From NCBI GenBank assembly GCA_036172245.1, contig JAYWIR010000011.1, positions 2,170,001 to 2,234,000 of the forward strand: DNA of 64,000 bases. The letters run 5' to 3'. Both the position numbers and the translations under genes were made by a program. Of the stretch, positions 12,852 to 29,726 are shown one piece after another; position 1 is the first letter of the stretch, and the number at the start of each line of letters is the position of its first letter. The notes beneath the pieces are model-generated. The model made no database searches and was not told where the DNA came from. It worked only from the letters and a program-made list of their open reading frames with translations. Source of the stretch: Raillietiella orientalis. Its lineage: Eukaryota.

Positions 12852-15800
12852 TGTTTCATACACAGCCCATAGATGGTGAAATCACATTTATGAATGTAAG
12901 ACTATAAAAACTGACAGAAACCCGATGACAAATATTCGGTGGGTATTTTTCACTACGGTCTAGATGAATTATTATTTCTTGAAAGTAGCACCGGGGCACC
13001 TACATGCTCTGCTAAGTGCACAACATACACAATCTAAATGACGATTCTACTCTTCCTGGTCCCTGTTTGCTAAGCTTCATAAACTAGTTCGTAATGATTA
13101 TTATGAGGCGTTATATCAAAGCACATTAATAATATTGAAAAAGCAAATTTAAAAATGATAAAATTAACACAGTATTACGAATTATAATACGACACCAAAG
13201 GCCTTCCAGACCCAAATAGTAAATACGTAAAAATCAACTTTCCGTCTACAACATGCAGCACTTGTATTGGAAACACCAAATGTGCCTTCGGAACTAAAAA
13301 CTAATTTTAAAATATGTGAATATTGCCTTAAAAATGGAAGGGTACAAAGTCACAAACTCCCTTCAGCAGCATAAAAGTTTTGGATATTTTCTAATATCCA
13401 TTGGAAACAGTCGGGATTCTGATGCATGTTTGGAATTTTTGCAAGCAAACCTAAGGTCTTGCTAAATCCCAAGTGGTGACCCATCTTGAAATATTTTTTT
13501 ATCTCATCGTGTCTCATCAGTTAACTAAAAAGCTGGAAAGAATTTTAATCAGTATTTCAAAATGAATTTAAATGATTTCAACGAATAATGCCCTCCACTG
13601 CTTGCAATTAGTAAACCCGATGCATTCCAACAATGCAAGCTGATGCAATGTAGTGCTCTTTTATTTAAATAATTATTTATTCTGGCCTTAGAACTAGTTT
13701 TTTATTAATCTTTTCTGTTCTTCTCGCTTTGGTAGCACAATTAAAGTTTTCAAAATTTAAAAGCTTTTTTACAAACCAAACTTTATCGATAATGAACCTG
13801 CAAGTAATTTAGTGGTTCTTGGAGACATTACACAGTATGAAAATTTCTCTATAGAGACACAGTATCAGCTATATCACGAGTTCTTTCGTTCTTGTATCTG
13901 ATGTGAAGTCCTGTTTCAATAATACAGAAACTGCATTCTGTTTAACTTGTTTCAACTGAAGAATTCAAGTATATGGAACCAAATTCGAGTTTCTCCCCCC
14001 CCCCCCGTGAGGTTCTAATACATTCATACAGTTAAATCCAAAACAATTCAAGTGTTAACTTCCAGTCTATTTTATGCATTGTATTTCGATGTTAATAACT
14101 TTGATCATATGAATTAGTTTTTGAATGAGATACTTACAGTACTTCTTTTATGAGCATTGCTTATTCTGTGTATTTATAAATAAATACATAAATACATGCC
14201 AAGTATATGTATGTATGTATGTATGCTAAGTATTGGAAACTCTTTGTTTCTACATTACAGTTTTAAATGCTTGAAATGGACGTCTCTTTCGATCACTACA
14301 CTTTAATGGGATAGTGAGTTGTAATTCCCTCTTGATGCAGATGATGCGATGTATTGATTGTAATTACCTAATTGTGATGTACATGTCCTTTCTGGTCATA
14401 TTGTTTATTAATCTCTCAGTCAGGATAGTCAGAAAACTTTGTGATGCTCTGTTTTCCACCAATTAGTGTACTGTAGAACCAAAGTGCGAAAATATATTTT
14501 CCCTTTTTTCATTTAGAGTCCTTCATAAAGCTAGGATTGCGTTTTTGAATTGCGAGATATAAGATTGATTTCTGGTATGCAATAATTTCACTCTTTTTAG
14601 AGCAGAAAACTGTCATCCGTCCAAATTAAGTTCTTGCTGGCAATGGAATAGCATTTGGAAGTCTGACGAAAGAGTAAGTGATGTTGGTAAATTTTGAGAA
14701 ATGACTTCGTCAAAAAACTTCATCAGCCCCTTCACTAATATGAGAATCCTAGTCATTCATCCAAGTTTTTCACTTTAGAGATCAGTTTCCTATAAAAATT
14801 TTCAAAGTAAAAATCCTTTCAGTCCAAGTTCCAATCCTTTCAACTTTGAACTTACTTTTCACCAATGTTCTTACACACAGACTGTAAATAGTCTGTTTTA
14901 TAGAACAAATCAAATGAGTTTTAGTTAGTAAAATCTGAAGAGCATAGAGAACGTTTACCATTTACTTGTTTATTTGTTAATGTTTTATTTGATTCTCTGA
15001 GTCTCAGTTCGAAACTCGTTCAAGATTTTTTATCCTTTTACAATTGTTCCGTGATTACCATGCATTATTTATCAGATTTCACAATTTTGCTTTTGGGAAT
15101 CTTTTGCTGTTTCCATTTTGAACGTGTATACGGTTTGAACGCGTTTTTTTTCCCTCCTCTTTTGTCCTTCACAAAGTCTCCCCATTCTTCCGGGAAGCTC
15201 CGAAATTGCTTTCCTTAATCTTCATTTGAAACACTCTCTCTATTTAAAGAAATCCGAAACTCTGCGAAAAGCTCTATTATTGACTCGTTATCAGGAACGT
15301 TCGTGGGTAACTGCCTGCTGCCTATTTCCATAAAACGAGATTATTATTTTTTAAATGGATGCATCACGGGTTCTTTCCTGATGTTTCAACACAAGGGTGC
15401 CTAGGATACGCGGAAGCGGCACGTATAGCAAGCGTACTTTCATAAATATGTTTTTATTAATTGTTGAGCGAGATTGAAAATGGTCTGCAAACCTTTTTCA
15501 ACATATTATTTGTACTCGATGTGTTTGTACTATTATACACAAATTTTGGATCTAATGTGATCTAATTTTATAGTAATAACGTGTGCTAATGCATATTTCT
15601 CTTGATTTCATTATTCATAGAGGATTTTTTCTTTTCAGTTTTTTTTCTTTGTCAAAGTTGTACCGGAACTGAAGAATATCACTACATATATAAACGCTTA
15701 ACGAAAAAAAATGTAATTCACCGTGGATACTTTAGTTACAGGACAGTTTTGATCTTAATGAGCAGTAACCAATTTCCGTAATGCTATGACAGAAATGTAA

Positions 15801-16281
15801 TTGAAAAGAAGCATAGAGAAAAAAAAAAAAAAAATCTCCGCGATGTACGTAGTTTTGCTCTTAATAGTTGTAGAAAACTAATCGTGGCTATATAAAATGT
15901 ATTCCACTTCGTACGGAGGCAGTATCGTACCATGTACGCTTGCTTATATATTTGAATAGCGCTTAATCTTAAAATTTGAAAGTGGGATCATGAAAGGTAT
16001 TAATAATCCTTCAAAGAATGTACGTGCCGTTGCCTTTTCTTGTGTATTGAATTCCAATGTTGTAAGGAGTAAAAACTTGATGAAAAGTGAACATTCTGAA
16101 GTATTTCAGTTCAAATTCAATTGAATTTAAATTTTTGATTTGCAAGCACCCCCAGCATAGCTTATTCATAACGGGCGAGTTGTTTAAAAAATATCTGTGT
16201 TAAAATTTGAATTCTCAAGTTCAAAAATGGTACAAATTCTTGAAAGAATGTAATATGTGTTTATGAAAACGTATTCACATC

Positions 16282-17591
<1,310 letters not shown>

Positions 17592-17775
17592 ATATATATA
17601 TTTTTTATTAAATTTGAATTAGTCAATGAATATATAAGCAGTAAATAATTCTTTACATAGGGAGCGATTACATTTCTGTGATCACAGATGAGTGGAAGTG
17701 AGCATAGCTTTTTGACCATCTTCTACTTGAAAAATCACTCTTTTTAATGACACTGATGCTGGGATTTTTTAATAC

Positions 17776-19468
<1,693 letters not shown>

Positions 19469-22400
19469 TTTGAAAATTTGTCTGTCTTACTTTACAATCC
19501 AACAGTACTTCAGTATGCACACATTTAGTATGGATACCAATCTATTACCCTTGAAAAATTCTCAAATCACGCATTTTCTAGAATTCCACAAATAACGCAA
19601 GTTACTTTGTAAATTATTTTTTGCGCAGAAGTAGATACCTTAATATATTTTTGCATGTAACGAAGCACAAAACTTCGTGAGTGGACATATACTCAATAAA
19701 TACTTTTTTTTTCACAAATTAACTTAACGCCACACTTCAAACTTATTTCAACACGTGTTCCGGTTGTCTAAGACGCCAATCTCGTGGCAAGATTTACTTT
19801 CGCAGAGCACATTCGCGAGATATCAAATACAAATCAAACAAAATCATATTGAGGGCTTTCCGATGAAACCAGAATTCATGTTTCAAAAACGAAAGCGTTG
19901 TTTAAAGCGTGAAAATTAATTTTAAAGGATTTCGTGGAATGACCACAATCAGAATAATTTCTTATACGAAGATCTTCTACTGACAAGATTTCGTTTGAAA
20001 ACAAGCACCTATTTTGTTTCATGGATAAGAATACAAACTAAGCAGTCATCTTATCTTCCACTACTTTTTAATATAATATAGAGAGTAATAAAAATCCAGT
20101 TCCCATAATTAGCACATATTCCCAGAAGGGGGAAAAAGTAAAGATAAAAAGGTCATGCGATTTTCAACATCTAATCTTGAAAAAAGTTCATTCTAACGAT
20201 TTGCTGGTTAGCAACATATAAAGCACCAAATCTCTACTATGATCATCTAACGATAACTCAGTGAGTAATTTAACATAAATATGTCACTTTGGTATAATCA
20301 GTAAAGCTTCAAATCCTTACGTGATAAAAGCAATATGGGAAAATATTTAAGAAGCAAAGCCATATAAATAAATAAAAAAAAAAAACGCATAACACAAAAG
20401 TAATGTTTCAAGATGAATGATTCTGTATGGAATTCTGTACAATAAGTTCGAAAATTCAAAATCCGAAGGTGTTTTTATGATCAGAAATTTTTCATTCATT
20501 TTTCACCAAGCACGTTTATGTGCCAAAAATTTCTCAGGCCCATTCTGGATGTGTTTCAATTTCTTTCTTAACTGATAACACTACAAATGTGTCTTACTTG
20601 CTGTACTTCTTTACCTAAAAAGACGTATACTCAAACTGATGGAACATTGCATTTTTTGTTTAAAAAAAAATTTAATTTCGTTACAAGATAATTAAGGGAT
20701 TGCACATCCAAAGTATCATAATCATCACATTTGATTTCAAAGATCGTGATTTAATTTCTAGGTTTTTCCTTCAGTTTCTATACATGACACCTTGTTTTAT
20801 TTACTTTTATCTCTCAAAGATCGTTGTTTTACAGCTGGCAAGCCAGTCTTTTACAAATCGAACATTCGTTCTTTCTGCGATAATTTTTGATTCAAGTTGT
20901 CTTATCCTATTTCTCAATTAAAGAACTCAAAAAGGAACCAAACAACAGAAATATTTAGGAAGAAGGTTCATATTAAAGATATCATTTTAAGCATATTTTG
21001 CCTTTAAATAAATGTATATATATATATATTATGCATTTACGAATTGGAGAATATATCCATTAAATTTATTATGATCTTCGAAATTTTGTTAAGGAGTTCT
21101 ACATGATGTTCTCTCTTAGTTTTGAAAGCCATATTTTGCTCAAGACCTTAAGAAAGTTTCACCATTTTACGCACATTTTGTGCAAAGTTTTTTTCACAGA
21201 AGCAAGTTCCATGAATTTTCTATAGACGATAATGATGCATAAGAGCAGAAAATGAATTGAGAGAAATTGAAAAATTAGAATTTTTCACCTTAGAACCGTC
21301 AAACTATTTCTGCAAACATCAAAAAATGAAGCCTGCGATGAACTCATCACGGGCCTGCAGTTGATAGGCTAATTGATTACAGAGTTAAGAAATAACATAT
21401 GATCAGAAGAAAAAGAAACGAAGGTACCTAATGATTTTTTTTGATCCAAAATTATTTTAAAGAGAAATTTGGAGCATCATCCTCAATCTCGCTGAACCAA
21501 CCATTGCGAAGATTATTTCCGTAGGAATTAAAACTAGAAAACTCTATGCTTTAAAATCTACTTATTTTATAATGGAATCGGGAAAGTGGTTTCGATGGAG
21601 CTGGAGAATCACGCCAAATTGTCTATAGTTCTAGAACGCTCTTCATTAGAAGAAATGTACAGCCGATAGTACAGCAAGATAGACTCAAAGGACTACTTGA
21701 AGCTGTGTGGACAATATGCAGTTTCCTTAATATGCCGAGATTTCTTAATTCCGGGTTTATTAAAGCACTGAGTGGTAAGTAACACAATAAGGCATATCCT
21801 TTTGGTTGAGGAGCGTTGCACACACCAACTCTTGCTTGTTGAACCTTCTCTATGACTTCGCTTAGGAGATTTCCATCACTCTACAAAGAATACCAAAGTT
21901 TTATCCTTCCAATTATTGGGATAAACCTCAACCTTATTCGGACTGCTTTGCAGGAAATGGTCAGGACTCTGTCTGTTCATACGAGAATTAGCGCTTCTAT
22001 GAACAAGGGGTAATCAGCTACATTGATGAATAATGTTGCAGACTGAAAGATGAAACAAGCAAGATTTCATGTTTTCATAGAATACTTAAATGAAGTTTCT
22101 GTGAGAACTGGTTCTAACTTGCTTTAAATGCATGGTTGAAACATGAAAGTCCAGCTTTGTTCATTTTCGCTCACCCTGGAAAATGGAATATAGACACATC
22201 TGGAAAATGAGAGGTTAGAAAAATGAAAATTCCGGAAAATGAGCTGCTGCATATCAGATCATATTATAAATCTGGCTCCACAACAACTTAGAAAGAGTAT
22301 GAAGTGGTAGAGAAAAGAGTGAAGACAGACGTGTTTAAAAAATTAGGCATAGGAATGCAATAATAGCGAGTCAGGAATTCAAAAGAGCAATCAGAAAGAT

Positions 22401-22749
22401 TTGCAGTATTGCTGTGAATTTTCTCATTTTCTTTTTTTTTAACAAAGTTCAACAAGTCATTATGTAGAAAGTACACTTCTCTTAAAGAATCGTAAAGCTC
22501 TTTGGCATGAAAGACAGCTGCGTCTTCGTCGATACGCTATCTAATCTTAAGATTGACCTTGTTTTTCTCGCTGTTTCGCCATGAAGAAATGTGATACTGT
22601 GGCTCATGGAATTTTTGTTTCATTTAGAATCCATTAGGAATCACTCTTTATTATTATTTTTACAAATGTCCAGATTTTTCAATTCGCTCCGATCAAATTT
22701 TTAGCTTCCGCTTGTAATACTCAATTTTTATTAATGTACGCGCATCTTT

Positions 22750-23900
22750 AATGCAGGTTTGCATCTACGAGTATCAGGTCTTACCGGGAATTAAGCCAAT
22801 TCAATCAACAAGTCTTGCAAGTAAGTGTGAGAGAGACGGATTCTTCCCGAACAGGGAATGAGAATTCCATTCATCTACTCTTCCAAAGATGCAGGTTGTC
22901 GATCACACACGATAGATATCTTCTTATCATTAGATTTCGATAAAGCACCTCATTTGTATACATTCCAGAGTCATGGTGAAAGCTATGGCTAAGTAGGATT
23001 ATGCATAAGATGAAACGTTGTTGGAAGCATGCAGATTTTAAATTACAGGATGAGAAGTCGCATATTTTTTAAAGAGAGAACTGAATGGACATTCTGATTT
23101 TATCTTAATGTGCTCCAGGCTAATGGTTTGTTCAGATCTCTCTTGGAGAAATGCAAGATGTAATCCTCACTTTCCAGGATGAAGTGAGGGTCAATCTATA
23201 ACCTCTAAGAAGAGATAAGGGATAAGGTTAGAGAAATGTAATTTCATAGAAAAATCAAAGCGGAAATAATCGATTACAACTAAAAAAAAAAAAAAAGTAA
23301 TAGTCCGATTTGAAAGGGAACAAAATAAAAAAGAAATCACAACATATTATCCAGAAACTAAAATAAGTCCATGGAACAGTAACGCCTGCAACTGGGATCA
23401 AAAAGACATGTGGAAGAAAGCAGAGTTGACCTTACACAATATTAATACACAGGAAAGTAGATGAGTGCAAACATTTGTTTACACTTTTGCGGAAAGAGAG
23501 CACTGTTACTTGTAAAATGGACTGTTTCACAACTTAAATGTAATATAAAATTGATTGAAACCGGCGAGGAAAATCAAGAATACAAGGTTTCCGGTGCAAA
23601 CAGCTTTCTCATCGATTGAGGATGAGTAAAATATGAGCATGGAGGATCCATTTCAAGTAAGCCCCGAAATCGAATTCATCACTGAAAAGGAAATATAAAA
23701 ATTTCATGGCTCGTGACATTTAACCAAAACCTGCAATTATTCTCAAGAGTTTATTACACCTAGGAGTTGTGAAATGAAGCAGAAAGTTCAAACAATCTTG
23801 GTAAGCTCTCATGGAAGTGTAAAGAGTTTCAAGCCGAGCTCAATACCCCCAATCATCCCCGAAGGCACTATAAAGCTCCAATACAACCCACAGCCATACC
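22750..23900 (+). mobile_element. Highly decayed LINE reverse-transcriptase remnant
   Basis: DGFFPNR (cf. QxGFxPxR) at ~22836 followed by LSLDFDKAP (cf. LDFxKAFD) at ~22924; many stops. Boundaries approximate. Confidence 0.3.
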
Positions 23901-25637
23901 AATAGTCCAAACTCATTAAATAGAACCAAATAAGAAGCATTAATAGTAAGATTCATATTCGCAAACGAGCCTTATCTCACATTTACTTCCGTATTTATCC
24001 TCAGTTGATCGCAAATGATATGTAAGACTAGGCTCCAAAAGATTGTTTCGTTATTGAAAAATTACTCGAAATTGAATAGGTCATTGACCGCTTGCTCTCT
24101 ATTCTATGGGAAGGATTCAGTAAAATGGCTTAGTGCTATAAAAATTTCGAGTCAACCAACTGCCATGTCATTTTGCTGAATTTTCCGATGAATAAAAGAA
24201 ACAAAGAAATCCCAGCTTTTACCACTGTTAAGACCCTCGCACTGTCAATATATGAGTACATTGATATTCACTGAAATTCTGTCGTAATTCACACATTCCT
24301 CGCCCATTGAAGTAACTGTGATGAGAGGCAATGCACTTTGGGGAACAAATTACGACTCTTTATTTGGGGGAACACATTCCACCTTTAGAAGCCAATGAAC
24401 TGCAAGTACAGTCAGTAGAACTTTCTTCAGAGAGTCCTCTGTCTTTAGAAGGGTGTGGTCATTTCACGTTGCATCACATCTTCGTTTCCCAGCAGTCCAC
24501 GACAGGCAAGCATGTAATAGTTTGCCAAACATTTTAGGTAGTAAACGTTAGCAGCTCAGGATAGGGTCACGAATTAAAATTCCGTCAGACTGATGCAGAC
24601 GTTGAAAAGTGCACGGCCTTATAGAATACATTGAGACTCAACAGTTTGCCACATTTGAGTACCCAAATGCTTTCAGGCAGATGTGCGTGAATAGACCGGA
24701 GTTTCCGCGTCTGACATTATGCCACCGTTTACCACTTCTTGACCGTTTCGAATCGCACTCCTCGATCGGCATGGGGTCGTAACGATCCCTTCCCAAGACC
24801 GAAGTGCCAAAGTAAGGCAAAGAGGTGCAGCACATTCTTCAGTGGCGTTCTCTCCGACACATCTGCGCCAAACGTATGCTTTTCCTTACAGAAACGCACC
24901 TCTTGCCGGTAGCATTCTCGTTCTTAATTCACATTTCCTCTGCTTGTGGAACGGTGAGGCACAGGAGAGTAGCCACGGTGGTGCGAAGTCGACTCGGCGC
25001 CGGAGCCCCACGTAAGTCCTGAGGTCAAAAGAGTTGCTCTCCGCAAACAGAATGCAAAGAGGTTTTCCACTGGCTACCGAGTTTTTCGCCTGATGAGGGT
25101 TAAGTGATATTAAGCTTACCGTTCCTTATTTCCAATATTCCGAGAACCTATCCCACAATTCGGCTTAAAAAAATGGAGAAAAAAAAAAAAAACACTCCAT
25201 TTGGGAGAGAAAAGTTTTTTTTTTTTTTTTTTAAATGATCATAAATCTGAGATCAACGACCAGCAGCGCCTATTTTCAAGTCTTGCAGCGATATCGCAAT
25301 TCAATACTCTTGCATGTTATCCTTTCACAAATTTTGTGTAATAACACAAATACATTTATTTTAAATAAAAACTGAAAATCTTCCTACATGCATGTCTGTC
25401 AAAAATTGGATTGATGATGACTAGAAATCACTACATATAATTGCAATATCAGTCGTGAGCATCATCACTTTTTAATTGCAATGCCAATTTACAATACACT
25501 GTTACTTTTGGTATGTACTTCACGCAATATAAGGTGATCTGTTAAAGTATTTTGTTTTAAGTGCTTTCAAATGTTTCCTCTACATTGCAAACTTCAAGTG
25601 AACTACTACAATACTTGAAATATTTGGAAGCCAAATG

Positions 25638-27167
25638 TTAACCTAGACCAAGATCTTCAAAAAATCCTTGTGAAGTTTCTTCCTGAAAAGAGAGAGTATG
25701 TAAAAAATACTCAATAAGTGTGACAACACAGTTAAAATCACTCATCAGAACACAGGTAAAACAAAAACATGAAATAACTGTTCTTCCCAATTAATAAGAA
25801 CACATGATGTGAAGTTTTATTTTATATTTTGTAAAAAAAATAAATTTTATCATGAAAAAATTAATGATCCAAATTTATTGAAGTTGGATCACATCAGTCC
25901 AAGATCCTTTAATGCTGCTTCCTTAGCTTCTTCCTTCAAAATAAAATACAATAAATCCATGGCAGTATTAAACATCAAATTTGATTTTCTGTTTTTTCCA
26001 GTGATTAAAATGAAGTTCATATAAAAACTAGCAGAGTGTTTGTGTGTGAATAGACTGAAATTATTTAAAAGCCTGGATGTCCATATGTTTATTGTGATAA
26101 ACATGTAGAGCAATAAGGGAATTATTTACCTCTTGAAGTAAATCCTGTGCAGCAATGGCTTTCAATACAATTTTTTTGCTTGTTTCTTGAATTTCTCCAC
26201 CCAAAAGTAATTCATCTAACATGAAGTATGACTTTTCAGAGTTGAAAATTATATCTAATTCACAGACCTACAATGTAATCTCAGGTTCATAATTTTCAAA
26301 GTTATGCTAAGAGTTTTATTAATTCAAATGGCATAGACTGCTGCTATAATTTTAAAATCACATTTGTTCTCACAAATGAATCAATATTCACAAGAAATAA
26401 GTGGGTTACTGAAAGAGGTGAATTTAGGGAATGTATTCCCTTGTTCCTTCCTCATTGAGCATTTGCAGAATGAACATTTCATTTTAACTTTTAAACCAAG
26501 CCATTACTGAGTAATTAGGCAGAATATAGATTAGTCAATTTGCAGTTGATTACAAACAATAAATATTTTTGTTCTTTTAATATACAGTAAGAAAAATGGA
26601 TACAGTTTCTGAATTCAATTCAGGAATTACCGTTGGTGATCTTTGTATCAGAACACATTCCTGAACTTATATTATGAAATACATTACCTACAATAAATGC
26701 ATCAAACATACTTACACTACCAAAATATTTATCAAGGAGTTCTACATATCTATGTATAATTTCTAAAGTTAATAATTCATTATCATTTGGATCTATTGCA
26801 CAACAAAAGTAAAGACTTGCATACCTGCGAGAAATGACGTTTGAAAATATTGGTTCATAACACAATTACATTACCTTTTGTAAACAATTTTCATTTCTCT
26901 CCACTCCAAGAAAGAACATAACTTTGGTTTCCGTGAAAGGATAGTTGCAATAAGTTCTCGAGTTATCTTTTTCTTTATTTTATCTGAGTGAGCAACAAAC
27001 CATTTCTGCAGCCTAAGTTTTCCTTGTCTACTGAATAGTAACATAAAATGTATCTAAAAATAAAGTGCTTGTGAGGCATGTTTCAGCTAATGATTTATTG
27101 CCTAAAGATAATTTATTTATTTGATAATTTTTTTTACAAATGAATTCTATAATCGACATCTTACCAT
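25638..27167 (-). CDS. AP1S: AP-1 clathrin adaptor sigma subunit with two candidate alternative last exons
   Basis: ATG-only first exon 27167-27165, then [18 protein letters not shown]...[14 protein letters not shown]...[17 protein letters not shown]...AQDLLQE. Last exon is either 25933-25889 ([14 protein letters not shown]) or 25682-25638 ([14 protein letters not shown]). Confidence 0.96.
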
Positions 27168-28984
27168 GCTGATTTTTTCACAAATGAATTTGCCTGGATT
27201 TCGCCTACTTTTCGTAAGTTATCAGGCTATAAGATTTCACGACAATTTCTTCAAAATGATGCCACATTCACAGATTAAAAATTTATAATTTTCCTAAACG
27301 TTATTAACAAAAGTTTTATTTCGAAGTCCATCAGAGTGTATGAGGTACAGAAAAGTTAATTTTAATTTAAAAAACAATACAGGTAGGAATTTTAAGATTA
27401 GGCAGGCAATTATCAATTGGTAATCAGAGATGACAAAACTGCTTTCACTATTATTGCTTTTGATTGCTAGTTATCCTTTAACCCTTTAATTCTTTCAATT
27501 AGTCGAAATTCCGTTCGCATGATGAATATTGGATTCTGAAATCTTGGAACACCCTGGTCACCATTTAAGAATGTGAATGATGTTTGCGTGACATTGGTAT
27601 TCCATCCGATTCTAATATCAAGGCCAAAATTCAAACGCTAGATTTAGTGGGATCTGCCATTTTTTATTTTCACGATCCATCATTGTAAAGCTTATTTTTG
27701 ACAAGAACATTCAACTCTTGTACTATGTTCGTATCTAAGACAAGAATTCCTTGCAGGTTCCTCTTGCTGGACATCATTGCAGTTCTTTAGTGAAAATTGC
27801 ATTTAAAAGTCATATGCTTATAGCTCCTGATTTCCCTCGTTCACACACAGAACGGTCTGTATATGAGAAAATTATAGCATTCACCTTAAACAAGGACATG
27901 CAAAAAAAAACCCCAACTAATACTCTGTGGACAATTTATTTTCATATATTTCAATTACTAGTATTCATATCCCAAATAGTTACGAAACACCTGCTACATA
28001 CTAACAAGGTATTACATGTAATATATCTTAATCTTTAAGATAAATAATTTTCTGGCACAGTTGCCCCTGGCACGACGTTTCTGGCTGTTCTCTGATTCCA
28101 ATCAATGCCCTTTAAAAGTTCCAAGAACTTTCTGAATTTGCGCAGAAAATCCGCTTGTGTTATCTTCTGATAGCTTTTCTTTTCAGAAAGCATGAATAAT
28201 GAAAACATGTTAATAAAGACGACAACAGTTTACTTGAAAATTCTAAATCTAGTCATCTGTGCACATTCAATTTGCTTAAATAGAGCCCGACGGCAAAGTT
28301 AATTTATATTAGTTTAAGTTGCTTTCAGCATCCTGAAAAATATATCACTCACTTTCACTTTGAAGAAATACAAAGCTTCATTCATTTATTACTTATTAAC
28401 TGTCTGTGATCCCTAAGGAGCCTTCATTTTCAAAACTTCAATAAATCACTGTACAATACTCAATTTTGCAGAATACCATTCGTAATTTAATAAATAATGC
28501 TCATTGGGAAATAAAAGTTATAAACCTACAAAGAATTTCATTTATTTGTTTAATAAAGAATAAAGTGAATCTTGAAATCAAAATATTCTACATATACACT
28601 TAATGTTAAGAACTTCAATTGATTTAAGCTTCCAATTTAAGCTGTAATCCGAGTTCGGATTGCCTCTCTCAGTATTAAGAATAAGTAATACACCCGGCTG
28701 CTATCACTTTTTAACAAATAAAAGCATATAATTCAATTGAACTAAAAAGAAATGGGAGCAAGGAGGTAGCAACAACTGGAGAGGGGAAAGAAGACTTCCA
28801 AATGACATCACAAACGTGTCGAAGGAGCACATATTTTTGAATTACAATACTTTCATTCCATAACCACCATTTTCTCTCATACTGTAATGATCATGAGGAA
28901 TATAACACCTTCAGCACGCTGAAAGCATTTTGTGATTAAAATAATTTGAGTTCATAATTTGTTTGCTTGAAGTACTAAACCCGA

Positions 28985-29163
28985 AATTTTTTGCGATGTA
29001 AAATCTTGCAGCGAATTTCATTTATTTAGTCGTTAGGGCTTCATTTGCAAGGAGAGAAATTATCGTTCCGAACAATCAATTTTTTGCGTTGTAAAATCTT
29101 GCATTGATTTGATTGTACTCAATAGTAATTTCTCTCCTTGAAAATGAAGTCCTAATGATTAAA
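28985..29163. repeat. 38-bp inverted repeat interleaved with a 26-bp direct repeat (MITE/foldback-like)
   Basis: IR arms 29025-29062 and 29126-29163 (34/38 matching). Direct repeat aattttttgcg(a/t)tgtaaaatcttgca at 28985-29010 and 29078-29103. Confidence 0.8.
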
Positions 29164-29726
29164 CGAATTGATCGACTTGTGGAGAGCTGGTCACGAGCAC
29201 ATATGGTTACTTTGTGCATTGAGATATCTTAAGACTAGACCTTATCAACTGTGATTTTTAGATTACTTTTGTTTGTTATCACTGTGATTCCACAATTTGA
29301 TTACATGTGTTAAGCATTCAATCACCCATAAGAGAAAACTTCAGTACTTACACATGCTTTCATACCGTATTGGTGCTATTTGTGAAAATTTTGTTTATCG
29401 AAAGTTCGTTTTTTTTGACAAACTTTCGAGAAAGCATTGGGAAAATCTTAGAAAACACTGAATTCATGTCAAACACTTGTAGACATGCCTACCCTTGTAT
29501 GAATTTTTGTTTTTGTGATGAATGTGCTTGCTCGTGTTGTAAATAAGAGTGCATGAAGACAACTATCGTAAAATTAAAAGTAGTTTCATCAGTTCAGTTT
29601 CAGCAACTTTATGATATTTTTTACAAGAGTGCCTCATTTTATGAATCGTGTTTATGGTAAAATGCCAAATCCTCTTCCACGAAAGCACTATTTAGCCACA
29701 CACTTAAAGAGACAGTTTAGATCGAA

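Noticed and set aside
24800..25060. piggyBac-like cysteine-rich C-terminus on the - strand (RFCKEKHT..CAAPLCL)
   Set aside because: Short, with no DDD core or TTAA-flanked termini found.
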